Source: Setoptus koraiensis (taxonomy: Eukaryota; Animalia; Arthropoda). Taken from it: 64,000 nt of DNA. Positions 44,461-55,928 of this stretch are shown here, in pieces (positions within the stretch are counted from its first letter, which is position 1; every line of letters starts with the position of its first letter). Location of the stretch: the NCBI GenBank assembly GCA_048013815.1, contig CM106586.1, positions 16,864,001 to 16,928,000 on the forward strand, written 5' to 3'. The position numbers were made by a program, and so were the translations under genes. The notes beneath the pieces are model-generated. The model was not told where the DNA came from and did no database searches. It was given only the letters and a program-made list of their open reading frames with translations.

Positions 44461-47178
44461 CTACATTCTCTTACAAAGTTCTTCTTTTAACAAAGAATTT
44501 TCCTTTTTGAGGTTATCTATCTCTTTTAGGAGACGCTCTCTCTCACTTGAGTTGATATCACTGCTTCCTAATGGAGATAGAACAAACAACTTTTTTATGT
44601 CATCAAAGATAATCAAGCTCTTTGGTATGTGCAAGAAAAGTTCTTCATTACCCAATGAGGTCGACTCCGATTCACTTGCAGAGCTTTCACCAGACTTCTG
44701 TAAATCTTGGCACAATAATACTCTTGCTTTCATATCATTGACTAAAGCGACCAGATTCAGTCCAATATCACTGGACAGATTATCTAACTTGATTATATTG
44801 AGAGCGTCTGTCTTCATTTGTTGCAAGAATTTTGTGAGATGGACGAAAAATTTCTTCAAGAATTTAGATTGTATCTCATTTACGTTTGCCAAAATCGGAC
44901 TATCGAACATAGTAACCAATATAGAGACTATATCACATTCGTTTTCTTTTGCTCTGGACTTCTGAATCGCTGATTGACCCACTGTAGCGAACAGATCACT
45001 AGTAATAGAGTTAAGATTTTCATTGCTCGGCAGGGAATTGGATTGCTTCATTTTACCGAAAAGATTTAAATGTACGAAAGCAAATACTTTGACTGGTTCA
45101 ATTACTGTCTGAAGGCGATCACAAGACGCTAGGTCACTATCCCGATTCATAAAATCCATCCAGATGGGATCAATCTGCAAAGCCCATAGTTGGCTACCCT
45201 GATCAGAAGCATACTTCAGCATTTTTTGATTCCAGATAAATTGTGAATTGAGATCTTCTTTATCTTGAGACCACGAAAAAGTTGAATTGAGCCCGTCAGA
45301 CTTTTGACTTGCACCTTCCAAGAGGCCGATTGCATTAGATAAATTCTTCAACATATCCTTGTCATATATGGAATTAGTTATGATAAGCTTGCCGGCTCCG
45401 ATTAAGAGATTGCTAGGTTGACCAAATAAATCATAAAGTTCCGAATCAGCGGGCAAAGTGAGCTGTGGCATAAGCATCTCTATTATGCAATGAAGCTTGG
45501 GCGCATTAGTTTCTTCCGGAAACAGATCATTTAAACGCAGTAGAGCTCGCGAAAGATTTGCCTGGAATGAATTGAGGAATAGGACAGTCGGTGAATCGAA
45601 AAAAAGCTTTGACGGGGATAAGTGAACAAATGCTGCTGGATCGGGAGCATCTTCATATATCATCCTGCGAGTATTTTCTTCCGTTTTTGGGTAGTAGTAG
45701 AAGTAATCCAATTCTAGGTAGATAGCAGGCATGTCATTTGGCAGATGATATTCATTGTCCGTATGTATAAATTTTATGATACTGTTACCCCTGTGCGTCT
45801 TACTAGTAGTGACGCAATTAATGCAGTAGTCTTTTAAACGAACTAGAACGGTAAGGGATAGTAGTTGTTCATTTGTTGCCGTCGGAATCGTATCCGACCT
45901 AACGAGTCCATCTTTTTCTTCCATTTTCAAGTCTTTCTCTCGTTGTTTAAGGTCGAATTCTGCAAAATGACTATTCAACCACTGTCTACGACTGGAGGGC
46001 GATGGGTCGAACCAATTGTACCAATGCACTCTCTGTCCGATAGCTCTTGAGTAAGGGTAACAATCAACCTGAATATTGTCGAGCGTAGTTTGTAAAGCAC
46101 CCCCAGAAGTGCCATTTCCGGATTGAGCACCCAAGTTAGATGAATCCATGTCATCGTAGAGGTGTGCATCGATCTTCTCTATCGTAAGATGCAATGATGT
46201 TTCAAGAATATCGTAGCATAAAAACTTCTGTTCAATCAATGAAGCGTATGACATGTTTCCAGTCAAGAGAGGCTTGTTTGGCTGAGATGTGTGTAGCGGC
46301 GATAAATTAGGTTTGGCATGATTCGTGTAGTTGGACGTTGGTTGCGGTGTAGACTCAAAAATGTCATTTTTCTTACTGATGGGAGATCGCTTAATCAAGG
46401 CGAATATGTATTCTATAAATGACGTAGCTGTTATAAATTGCGCGAATGTTAGTACCCATAGTATGTCCTCGAATATAACGAGCAATCTGGCTGATTGAAC
46501 GGAACAATCCTCTAGTTTTCTTTTCAATGTAATTCGACATTGAGCGTGATTTGTTATCAATCTTAAGGGTGCTTGATTAGGATCAGTTAAACATTTGGCC
46601 TCTAGCCTCATAGTCTGCCATTCGATGACTTTGAATAATAATATCTGACCCCTAGTCGGCTCTTTGATCCTAGTCAAGGAAAGCTCTCCCTGCTTCCAAT
46701 TAGGACATCTACTCTCCAACAGAATCCTTGATAAGTTGAAGGTGGCGCCCATGATTTTGGACTTGAATGTTATGAGTACATTGTTAATTGTAACTGTCAT
46801 TCCATCTATAACCCTATCAGAAAATCCGTACTTTCCCGTTGGCTGTTGTCCTATAAAATCAGACAAACTAGAGTTGTTTACATCCCTGAATTCCTCGCAG
46901 ATCTCCATCTCCACCGCAACTTCATCTAGATTCATTTGAATCGGGACAGATTTCATCTTAGTCCATGAAATCTTTATTGTTAATTGATTGCAGGCAGCTT
47001 TATTGATTGTTAGCCATGTTGGAAATGACAGTAGGTCCACGAGAACTTTCTCTTCAAGCTCTAGATTGTACAATTCGCACGAACCTTTAAATGTACTCAA
47101 TTGCAGTTGCTCTGGAGCCAGATTCTTAAAAAATCTTGTTAGATGCTTGAGAATTTGAGCCTTAACAAAGGAGGCCAT
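44461..47178 (-). CDS. BLTP3: Bridge-like lipid transfer protein 3 (UHRF1BP1/UHRF1BP1L family), single exon, 905 aa
   Basis: Chorein-N start MASFVKAQILKHLTRFFKNLAPEQLQLSTFKGSCELYNLELEE; conserved GKYGFSDRVIDG, LESRCPNW, PLRLITN, RITLKRKLEDC and DILWVLT; C-terminal coiled coil. Confidence 0.88.
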   Translation of the reverse strand: MASFVKAQILKHLTRFFKNLAPEQLQLSTFKGSCELYNLELEEKVLVDLLSFPTWLTINKAACNQLTIKISWTKMKSVPIQMNLDEVAVEMEICEEFRDVNNSSLSDFIGQQPTGKYGFSDRVIDGMTVTINNVLITFKSKIMGATFNLSRILLESRCPNWKQGELSLTRIKEPTRGQILLFKVIEWQTMRLEAKCLTDPNQAPLRLITNHAQCRITLKRKLEDCSVQSARLLVIFEDILWVLTFAQFITATSFIEYIFALIKRSPISKKNDIFESTPQPTSNYTNHAKPNLSPLHTSQPNKPLLTGNMSYASLIEQKFLCYDILETSLHLTIEKIDAHLYDDMDSSNLGAQSGNGTSGGALQTTLDNIQVDCYPYSRAIGQRVHWYNWFDPSPSSRRQWLNSHFAEFDLKQREKDLKMEEKDGLVRSDTIPTATNEQLLSLTVLVRLKDYCINCVTTSKTHRGNSIIKFIHTDNEYHLPNDMPAIYLELDYFYYYPKTEENTRRMIYEDAPDPAAFVHLSPSKLFFDSPTVLFLNSFQANLSRALLRLNDLFPEETNAPKLHCIIEMLMPQLTLPADSELYDLFGQPSNLLIGAGKLIITNSIYDKDMLKNLSNAIGLLEGASQKSDGLNSTFSWSQDKEDLNSQFIWNQKMLKYASDQGSQLWALQIDPIWMDFMNRDSDLASCDRLQTVIEPVKVFAFVHLNLFGKMKQSNSLPSNENLNSITSDLFATVGQSAIQKSRAKENECDIVSILVTMFDSPILANVNEIQSKFLKKFFVHLTKFLQQMKTDALNIIKLDNLSSDIGLNLVALVNDMKARVLLCQDLQKSGESSASESESTSLGNEELFLHIPKSLIIFDDIKKLFVLSPLGSSDINSSERERLLKEIDNLKKENSLLKEELCKRM

Positions 47179-49204
47179 GATGAATGGTTTGTTATAAGTA
47201 ATACTGAGCTAGTTTTGCTTGAAAGTTTCCTTGTTAAATGATCCTCTATGTGTTGAAAGACCTTCTAAGAAATTCTGGTTTTCATGATTGTTTTTCAATT
47301 GTTAAATGTGTTAATAACTAATATGGTGCAATAGTAATTTGGCAAAACAAAATCCTGCATAACGCTGACTCATGTTATGTTGAATCCACAAATTAATAAA
47401 ATACTTGAAGTTGACTGGAGCATAAATAATAAATAAGTACAGATAAACACAAATTCCTTGTTGACTAATAGAAAATTTATCCCGCTCTGTTTCCTGGTTA
47501 AGGTATCAAACATAAGTAATATAGAACAAATATATACATCAAAGATATATAGATCATAAACACGTGGTCAAAGCTATCAATCGACTGACGCATATGTGGC
47601 CAATAGTATTGCTGAGCTAAATTTAGATCCTCCGACAATAGATAGATCTTTGGGTAGATCGTTTCTTATCTGATTTCCTCGTCTGTCGCGATGTCTGCAA
47701 CATATGAATGCAATAGATTATTATCAATCAAATAAATGATCGGCACATCATATGATAAACGTACACAGACAGAGAAAAATTATTACTAACAGTAGTAGTA
47801 AAGTATTAGTATTGATTCCTCAGCTGTGTGTCACTTTGTTGTGCTTTGATATCTGTTTGTAACTATCGGTGGTAGTTTCTTGTTAATCTGCAGCCGTTGA
47901 TGCTAGCTGTCTATGTCGGTAATCTAGCTTACTGAGCGTGGCTTATGATATATCGTGATGTTAATGACGATAATAGTAATAATAGTAACAGTGATGTATA
48001 TTTGAACGAGTCACTTCAGTATAGTACAACAAACAAAGCTAACCTATCCTCTATTCTACGAGCTGTGAAAATAATATTGCTATGTCTTCTCCTTCTTCTT
48101 TACATTTATAAGCATATGTCTATTTATGTTATCGAGGGTAGTAATGTAATATTTGGCACCCCGACCTTCATAATAACTTATCCATTTAAAAATGTCGGCA
48201 TGGCGCTGGTTTATCATGTAACAATCCGCTTTCTTCTATGGTTTTCAGTCTAGATTTGGTTGGACCAAAAGAATTGCATGCGCGATATTTCGGCTTGTTT
48301 CAACAACATGTGTTGCGAATAAAACGCCAGCAGGTACACCGACAAGACTACAGCAGCAGTTGCAGTTGCAATAAATGATCTGCAGATAGGTAGGCAGTTA
48401 ACGGCCAGTCGACGTAGCGGCACCTCTGGTTGGTTCAGTTCATTAGCACAAACTGCCAACAACAAGCTTATCTGCAGATTATAATTGCAGCAAGCTCATA
48501 CTGATTTGTTTTGGTTCTACGTATGGCAAATTTCAATATTGTAACTTTGAACAACAACATATGTGATACAGTTAATGAAGGTTGTATTGTTATTTATTTT
48601 CAGTCGACAATATTATTATATCCTATGATAATTATTAGACATACACTATATTCTATTCAAATCCATGATACACGGTCATCACAGTATCTCACCATTATAA
48701 TCCAATTATGAGAAACAGTTCATATGAGCAGCCGCTAAGTTAATCCCTTTTGAAAAATAACTAGATGGGAAAGAAACCTTTTTATACGCCACTACTGTAC
48801 TTGTGATTAAGGCAACCAACCACTAACATCTTTACTATAACCTCGCACAAAGGTCCAATTACGAATTAAAGAGATTGCTGTTTATATAATCATTTATGAT
48901 TATGGAAGCACTAAGATAAAAATTCAGCACTAACATATATATATTATATTGACAAACAGAAAGACCCCAACAAAGAAACTGCCATCTACAGCCTTGGTTA
49001 GTCCAGTCTGTTGTTGTCGATATTCACCTAATGCACTCCGTTGATAGCTATTTGTTTTGCAAATAGTTCATTCACACTTGTTAGTTGTGCTATTTGAAGT
49101 GACCTCCGCAGATGTATAATAACAACACCATCCCAGTTAACAATAACTACTAGTGCCTGTCAATTTCACCAGGAGGCCAGAGCCAACATAATTAATTCGC
49201 AATC

Positions 49205-50854
49205 ATGAACCATCCAAATAATCAATCGAGCAATCGACTAAGCAATAGCGATTTCCAGTGCCTGCAGGATCAAATAGTTGATCTGAGAACAAAAAATTAT
49301 GAGCTAGCAGAAACGAACAAAAAACAATTGAACGACTTTGAAATAGCCAAAACAAAAATTGTACAATTGCAACAACAATTGGAAGAACAGGAACGTGATT
49401 TCCAAGTGACATCTAGTACATTGAGACAGGAAATTGATAACATTAGCAAAGAGAAAGATGATGATTACAAACCAAAATTTAAGAAATTGTCTCTCAAGAC
49501 CAAAGATCTACAGTCGAAATATGAGAAAACCATAGAAAAGGTGGCTAGTCTTGAGAAACAGAACCAAATTGCCGAACAAAAATCCAACGATTTGGAAATT
49601 GAGAACAATAATCTAAAAGAGTCATCGAGTACTCTTAAACTACAATTGGAGATGCTTCAAGAAGAACATCTCAAAGTTATCAGCAATTTAAATAGTGAGC
49701 ATAAGCGGGCATTAGACACGTTGAAAGAGCAACATTCTGAGGAAATAAAAAGCTTGAACGACAAATGTTCAAGTCTAGAAAGCGAGAACGATCTATTCAA
49801 AGGCGAGATTAAAACTTTCGATGAGAAAACTCATGCTCAGATAGAGGAGAGAAAAATACACGAGAAAAAGGGAATAAGATTAGTGAAAGAGTTGAAGAGG
49901 CAATTGATAGTGGAAAAGGGACGCGCCGAGATGTTTCAAAAAAGACTACAGGATCTTCTCAGCTCGAGTGTATCTGTCGGTGGTGATGTGGATCATAACC
50001 TTCTAGGAAATTCCAACATCTCAGAGAGTCACGCTGTTACCAATGTCACCGATACGAGTTCTGTGGGCTCTTGGAGTTTCATGCCGGGAAGAAATCAAAA
50101 TACTGTGACCAATTTGACTGAATCAGTGAGCTTATGTTCAATAGATTCAGAAGATAGAGAAACTGTACAAATATCCACTGATAATCTGTCGGAGCCATCA
50201 TCACCTCGCCGTGCCTCAACTTACTCATCAAAGCAAGGTTCGCCTCTGTCTGCGACAAACACCAGTATCATTCCAAACACTAACGCCGAACCACCAACAA
50301 AGGCTCCAGGTGCCTCAAACATGCTATTAGAAGATCAAGCTGCCTTAGTTGATCGGGTTACCAAACTTCAGCAAGAAAAGTGGATTCTAGAGGAGAAATT
50401 GAGCTATCTGGAGATGAGCAATTTTTCATTGCTAGAGGAATTGTCGAAAAAATCTGAATTAATAAAACACTATTGCATGAATCATGGAAGGACCAAGGCC
50501 CCTACATCTGTGCCAGGCAATCATATGCTGTCAACATCCACAGATCCCAACAACCAACACAACACGAAGCAAGCCATCAAATTATTTACTGCCTCTTTAC
50601 AGAATAATAAGCACACGAGTAGCAATAACAATTTGGATAAATTGAGTGTCAAGAAAGTTGTGGAGTTTATCAAAGATCGTAGCCTTACTGGTAATGATTT
50701 GGAGAATTTGCGAGAGGCCACAAGAAGAATGCAATTATTGTTAGAAGAAACACTAACGAAAAATCTTCACTTGCAAAGTAATCTTGATTTTGTTTCTGCG
50801 GAGTTGGAGGAAATCAAGTCAAAACATCAGGCGCCAGTCAAAATTGTTGAGTGA
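49205..50854 (+). CDS. GRIPAP1: GRIP1-associated protein 1 (GRASP-1)-like coiled-coil protein, single exon, 549 aa
   Basis: LSNSDFQCLQDQIVDLRTKNYEL, EERKIHEKKGIRLVKELKRQL, LQQEKWILEEK..KKSELIKHY and LEETLTKNLHL match GRIPAP1 blocks as I recall them. Confidence 0.8.
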   Translation: MNHPNNQSSNRLSNSDFQCLQDQIVDLRTKNYELAETNKKQLNDFEIAKTKIVQLQQQLEEQERDFQVTSSTLRQEIDNISKEKDDDYKPKFKKLSLKTKDLQSKYEKTIEKVASLEKQNQIAEQKSNDLEIENNNLKESSSTLKLQLEMLQEEHLKVISNLNSEHKRALDTLKEQHSEEIKSLNDKCSSLESENDLFKGEIKTFDEKTHAQIEERKIHEKKGIRLVKELKRQLIVEKGRAEMFQKRLQDLLSSSVSVGGDVDHNLLGNSNISESHAVTNVTDTSSVGSWSFMPGRNQNTVTNLTESVSLCSIDSEDRETVQISTDNLSEPSSPRRASTYSSKQGSPLSATNTSIIPNTNAEPPTKAPGASNMLLEDQAALVDRVTKLQQEKWILEEKLSYLEMSNFSLLEELSKKSELIKHYCMNHGRTKAPTSVPGNHMLSTSTDPNNQHNTKQAIKLFTASLQNNKHTSSNNNLDKLSVKKVVEFIKDRSLTGNDLENLREATRRMQLLLEETLTKNLHLQSNLDFVSAELEEIKSKHQAPVKIVE

Positions 50855-51102
50855 GCGTTCATGAGGTGATAATTTTCAACGATACAATACTGCAATTATT
50901 TTTAATAGACCAAACAATCTGAGCATCGTATCGTTATAATTAATATTATTTAAGCAAATCTATAAATGCCTTGTTATGTAACCACTAGAAGAATTAAGTT
51001 ACTTTCACGATGTACGATGACTAACTTAATTTATTGAATACAATAAGTGATGAAAGTGTTTTTCTTCTATTTGGACTTAAATCTTTTTATTAACAACTTT
51101 CT

Positions 51103-53328
51103 CTAATTGTCGTCTGATTCGTCTTGTGATGTTTCTTGTTGATTGGCTAAACGCCTGAAGTCTGTTTGAGTAACGTCAGCCAGTTTGAATACTCGCGAAC
51201 AAAATTCATAATAAATGCCACTTGTTTCCGCCTCATTGACAACCATATCAAATCTGGCGAAATGATCAGTGAATTTCGGCTTGAAACCTATGTAACAGGA
51301 GAGAAATATAAATCCAACAATTGATGTAACAGCAACGATCGCTAAAAAGTACAAATGTCCATGTGGTTTGTTATCCGGTGATAAGCCTAGATAGAGTATT
51401 GAAACCAGTAGAAAGTTTTCAGCCATTATGATTGTCATATAAATGAATGGTCGATAGGCCATTCTGAGCTGAAACATGAAGGGCCAATAGAAAAGCGAGG
51501 GCAAACCAAATAGGGTCACTATCTGAGTTATTAATGTGACATGCTGGGCCCTGCTCCACGAATCAGTTCCACTTGTTGTGGTGGCCGGTTTAAAATCACT
51601 CGTTGGTGTATCTTTGTTGTCAACACTAGACTCGGCTTGTGTCTCTGGATCGTCCTTGTGTCTAAGCCATAGTTTTTCTTCATTATCGATGCCATTGTGA
51701 GAATTGATTGCTATACAATAAATCCAATAGGAAATACCTATAACGTGTACAGTCAACAATAGCAAAACGTAATAATGAAAATACAACGTAGACATGGCGA
51801 TTATAATGATTCTCGATGTAAATATCGAGCCCCATCCGATAACGGACAGCACCAACGAAAATGGGCCATCGTCCCGGCGTCGCACTGCAATCAATAATGA
51901 CCACACCACCAATAGTGAGACCATCAATTCGCTCATGATAATTAAATTTTCGCTCTTCGTCTCTCGTTGTTTCAATAAGTTGCTGGCATTCGTTATTTCG
52001 CTATCACTGGACAATTTAACCTCCTTGTGACTCAGCGCAATATGGCCCACTTGAATGAGCACGCCTAAGAAGCCCGCGTAAAAGTCTTCAAAGAATTCGA
52101 GGCCATCTGAGAAGCACGACAACTTGTTGACATCGACCTGTTCCTCTTGTCGCGGCGCTCGCCAGAAACAGCATCTTATTGACAGGAAACTGATTAAATC
52201 TACCTGTCTCTTGAGTTGCCAAAATACAAATAATGCACCATGGACCAGTTGAGCTAGGCCGCCCATGAGAAGACTCACTGTCTCCTTGTCAGGTAGATTC
52301 TCCAAATTTTCTATGCTGACAGCTTCTATGTGTTGTTCATGATTTACGGGCACAATTGCTAAATTTGATTTAGTTAAAACATTGGCCGCTGGTAAGGTTG
52401 GCGCCGGAGAAGGTGAATTTTGTTCGGGAAATGATTCACTCGACGTCAAAAATTCATCCTGTTCATCGTTGCCTGTCGCTTTGTTCGCTGAGGCCCCGTC
52501 AACTGGGCTGACGGGTGGCGATGGACACCGATTGATGATATTGTCTGGTGGTGTTATCGGTAGGGTGTTGCAAGTGTTGGCCGATTGTTCCGTCAAAAAT
52601 GCCAATTGTTTTGGTTCTACAAACACAATTGTTTGCATGTAACGACACACTCTGTATATTGTAAACACAAGCGTTGGCAAGCCTATTGAAGCTAATGATA
52701 GTAAAAATGAGTTTATGATTTGTTTCTGATGAAACATTTTAGTTGTCTCGTAATCTTCGTAGACTTTCCTAATAAATACGCACAATCTAAGCACAGTGAG
52801 AATGAGTAATCGCTGAAACCATGATCCAGACCAGAAATTGTCTCTAATATTTTCTTGTCTTCTGGGAATTATAACGTTAGTGTTAGACATATTGAAATCA
52901 TTTGATTGTGGCAAGGCTCTATCTATGGCCGACAGATCCATTGAGGCCGATTGTTTCATTGCCATGGGCAAAAAGTCACTCTTAAATCCGATTGGTGGCA
53001 GCGATTGAGCTGGTGGTGACACTGGTGAGCCGGGCCCCAAATCGAGATCGCCCCCAAATCCGCCCGTAGCGTTCTTGTAGTAAATGCTTGTGGTCATTTT
53101 TTGTTGTTCCTTTTGTTTGCCAGGTCTATTATCGGTGGCCGGCTGGGAGCTGGCCGACCCCTGCGCATCGTGACCGTTGGAATCGGATGGCGCCGATTGA
53201 GGTTCCTGGTTTTGAGCCGTCTGTTCGTCTGTGTCCTCTTTTGCATTATTGCGTTTATTTGTTAAATTGTTTATGGTGGTAATGGCCTTTGCAGTGAGCG
53301 TGCCGGCCTGATTTGAAATAAAGTCCAT
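51103..53328 (-). CDS. XK-related (XKR) multi-pass membrane protein, single exon, 741 aa
   Basis: Multiple TM segments and XK-like motifs LEFFEDFYAGFLGVLIQ (=LFEAFLESAPQLVLQ), SRIIIIAM..HV..YW and AENFLLV. Confidence 0.7.
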   Translation of the reverse strand: MDFISNQAGTLTAKAITTINNLTNKRNNAKEDTDEQTAQNQEPQSAPSDSNGHDAQGSASSQPATDNRPGKQKEQQKMTTSIYYKNATGGFGGDLDLGPGSPVSPPAQSLPPIGFKSDFLPMAMKQSASMDLSAIDRALPQSNDFNMSNTNVIIPRRQENIRDNFWSGSWFQRLLILTVLRLCVFIRKVYEDYETTKMFHQKQIINSFLLSLASIGLPTLVFTIYRVCRYMQTIVFVEPKQLAFLTEQSANTCNTLPITPPDNIINRCPSPPVSPVDGASANKATGNDEQDEFLTSSESFPEQNSPSPAPTLPAANVLTKSNLAIVPVNHEQHIEAVSIENLENLPDKETVSLLMGGLAQLVHGALFVFWQLKRQVDLISFLSIRCCFWRAPRQEEQVDVNKLSCFSDGLEFFEDFYAGFLGVLIQVGHIALSHKEVKLSSDSEITNASNLLKQRETKSENLIIMSELMVSLLVVWSLLIAVRRRDDGPFSLVLSVIGWGSIFTSRIIIIAMSTLYFHYYVLLLLTVHVIGISYWIYCIAINSHNGIDNEEKLWLRHKDDPETQAESSVDNKDTPTSDFKPATTTSGTDSWSRAQHVTLITQIVTLFGLPSLFYWPFMFQLRMAYRPFIYMTIIMAENFLLVSILYLGLSPDNKPHGHLYFLAIVAVTSIVGFIFLSCYIGFKPKFTDHFARFDMVVNEAETSGIYYEFCSRVFKLADVTQTDFRRLANQQETSQDESDDN

Positions 53329-54692
53329 CTTGTTTGTTCACATGTGCTTACGAAATGCTTCAAGATTTATTCATCCAAGCTTGCTAATGTTAACAATTAA
53401 TAATCATTATGGTCGACATTCATTTGTGATTGAGGCTACCCAATTGTATGATACAATATATTAATACGAACTATAATATAATAATAATTGCAGTACTGTC
53501 GTCAATTGCAACGTCGTCTAACGCAGCATTTGAGTTTCTTTTGAGAGCAATTTTCGCTCTCGGGGACGTGTGGCTTGTGAGTGAGCTTGCGTCGGAGCCT
53601 TACCAAAGGTACGTTTCTTTTTTCTCGCAACAAGTTCTTCTTGATTGCTTCGCATGGCGTTCGTAAGACATCAAGCTCTAATGGAACGTGAACGAGTGTT
53701 GCAGTTGTTGTAGATGAAATTATGCCAAGCTGCCTGTGTCTACAGGTGCCTTCAAACAGAGATGAATGTGCGTCGCGTTGCGTTGATAATCAACATAATA
53801 GATCTCGCTTTCTCTCTACCCACTTGTTGCACTTGGCAGTCACACAAGAATCTTGATATCGGAAGCTAGTTGTCTAAAGATAGATCTAAAGTTGGAGATT
53901 TGAATAAGGCACAAATGTACACTCTGTTTATGTTGTGTTGCTGATGATGATGATGGAGCGATCATTTATCAAGAATTTATTTATTGCTATCTCATTACCG
54001 ATGCTGTTAGGCTGCTGGTACTGCTGCTGCCAGCACCACCAATATGCCGCTTATGGCTAGATTATCCAATTGAATGACACCATGGCAACTTGTAATTCCA
54101 AATTCTTATATCAAACGCTGGCAACAAAATATATTGACAAAGGCACTGGGATGGTTTGTGAAAACTCTCATTGTATCTCTGCCGCTTGTCTGTCTAATGC
54201 TGTTAACAAGCAACGAGTGGGCGACACACACTTATTGACTATTATGGCTGCTCTCTCGTTTTCCTACTCTGGGTATGTGTGTCTGTGTATGTTTATGTAA
54301 CGAAATGTTCAACGAAATTCACTCGAGCTTGATATAAAACTACATTTATAACAAAGCCAGCGTACGTTCGACGGAAGATCGACGAACCACTAATCTAGCC
54401 GAGCCAACTCACTGGCTACCTTTCCAGTATAGTGGCCGCGTATGACAATGTGCCAGAAGTTGGTGGAAACAACAACAATCGTATATTTAGTTCAATTCTT
54501 CTCGCTTGCCATGATGCAACTATTGTTGTAACAATGGCACACAGTTCATCATAATTAATTGATGATCTGCCATCAACAGTCTGCTGTTGCAATGAGTGCT
54601 CTGCTCTGTTGCGCTCATTTAATTTTAGCCTACAGTCTGCCTACTTATTGTTGTCGCCAATCATTATGTAATTTTTATATTACTTTTAGTTT

Positions 54693-55430
54693 TTAGCTCT
54701 TTTTTCCAAGTAAAATATCATAATCGCTATCATCTAACAGAGATTTGGCATTTCCTTGAGACAGTGAAAAGGGAAAAGTTTTCGCGGAGGCTATATCTCT
54801 GAAATTAGACGACATTTCAGAACTTGCTGTCGCAACATTGATCCTGGTGAGGCCATGTCCGCTTAAATCATGCCGTTTTTTTGTTCTCAATTTAGCATCT
54901 AAAACGCTCCGTGTTGTCGAGGCACTTCTTAGGGCGGTCAGATTCCTACTACTAGACGAACTTTCATTAATATTCATCAGATGTTCTCTATTGACATCTG
55001 ATCGTTTTATATAACAACCCACCAGCAGGCCTATAACAATCAATACAAGTAAAATAAATATGAATATTCCGAGGATCACCGTGGGAGTGAAAGTTGTTTT
55101 TCCCCCATGAATTATACCACTTGATTTCACCGTAGTGGTGGATACAACCTGGGTCGTAGTAGTTGTTGCATTGGAGCCCCGTGTTGTATTGAAGCTTTCT
55201 GTTGTGGACGTATAATTTACTAGTGAAGTTGTTGGTCTAACTGGTCTTGGCGTACTAGAACTACCAGTCTCTAATCTCACTTCTGGAGGGATATGATTGG
55301 TTGACAGATCTGCATGCGAGTCTACTACTGTGAAACAACAGCTTATAATAACAATTGAGATAAATATAGCGATTGGAACAAATGTAAAATCGCGATTGAC
55401 TTTTTGGTTCGTCTTGTCACTCACTATCAT
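54693..55430 (-). CDS. Orphan type I membrane protein with Ser/Thr-rich (mucin-like) ectodomain, 245 aa
   Basis: ATG start, N-terminal hydrophobic signal, Thr-rich stalk with NxT/S sites, TM helix VILGIFIFILLVLIVIGLLVGCYI followed by basic KR, then a cytoplasmic tail. Confidence 0.7.
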   Translation of the reverse strand: MIVSDKTNQKVNRDFTFVPIAIFISIVIISCCFTVVDSHADLSTNHIPPEVRLETGSSSTPRPVRPTTSLVNYTSTTESFNTTRGSNATTTTTQVVSTTTVKSSGIIHGGKTTFTPTVILGIFIFILLVLIVIGLLVGCYIKRSDVNREHLMNINESSSSSRNLTALRSASTTRSVLDAKLRTKKRHDLSGHGLTRINVATASSEMSSNFRDIASAKTFPFSLSQGNAKSLLDDSDYDILLGKKS

Positions 55431-55928
55431 GTTCGCTTCAATTACCAGCTCATCTAATCGTCTATCCTTGATGTTTCATGGAAAATTGATTCACAATCTC
55501 ATTGATATTGCCATTTGCGTGTCGTCTGTTCGTTGTACATTTATTAGTACAAAACAGCGATATTTGTATTAGTTCACTGGCGAGTCTCGCGCTTACAAAT
55601 TTCCAAATCAAGTTAACAACAACGTTTCGACATTCACAACGAGAATTTGTTTTCAAACCGAGCTTTATGTTTTTATTGTGCAAGATATCTTTTATTGTAT
55701 GTAGATATTTGTCATACAGTGTTACTCATGAATGCATACAATGATATTCTGTTTTAGGTAAAGGATGAATCAATGAAGGTTTCCTTCCTGAGAGCAAGAA
55801 AGAATAGAACAAGATGGAGTTAAATGACATTTTGAAACACGAACAATGCCGATACGATTGGCTGTAGAAATTCTCTTAGTATATGGGGACAATTTGTATG
55901 TTTTGAATATAACAAGTGGACAGAATGG

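Noticed and set aside
42441-44544. LTR pair flanking a TRIM or retroelement
   Set aside because: The repeat is the BLTP3 coding and UTR tail; there are no TG..CA ends, PBS/PPT or gag/pol remnants.
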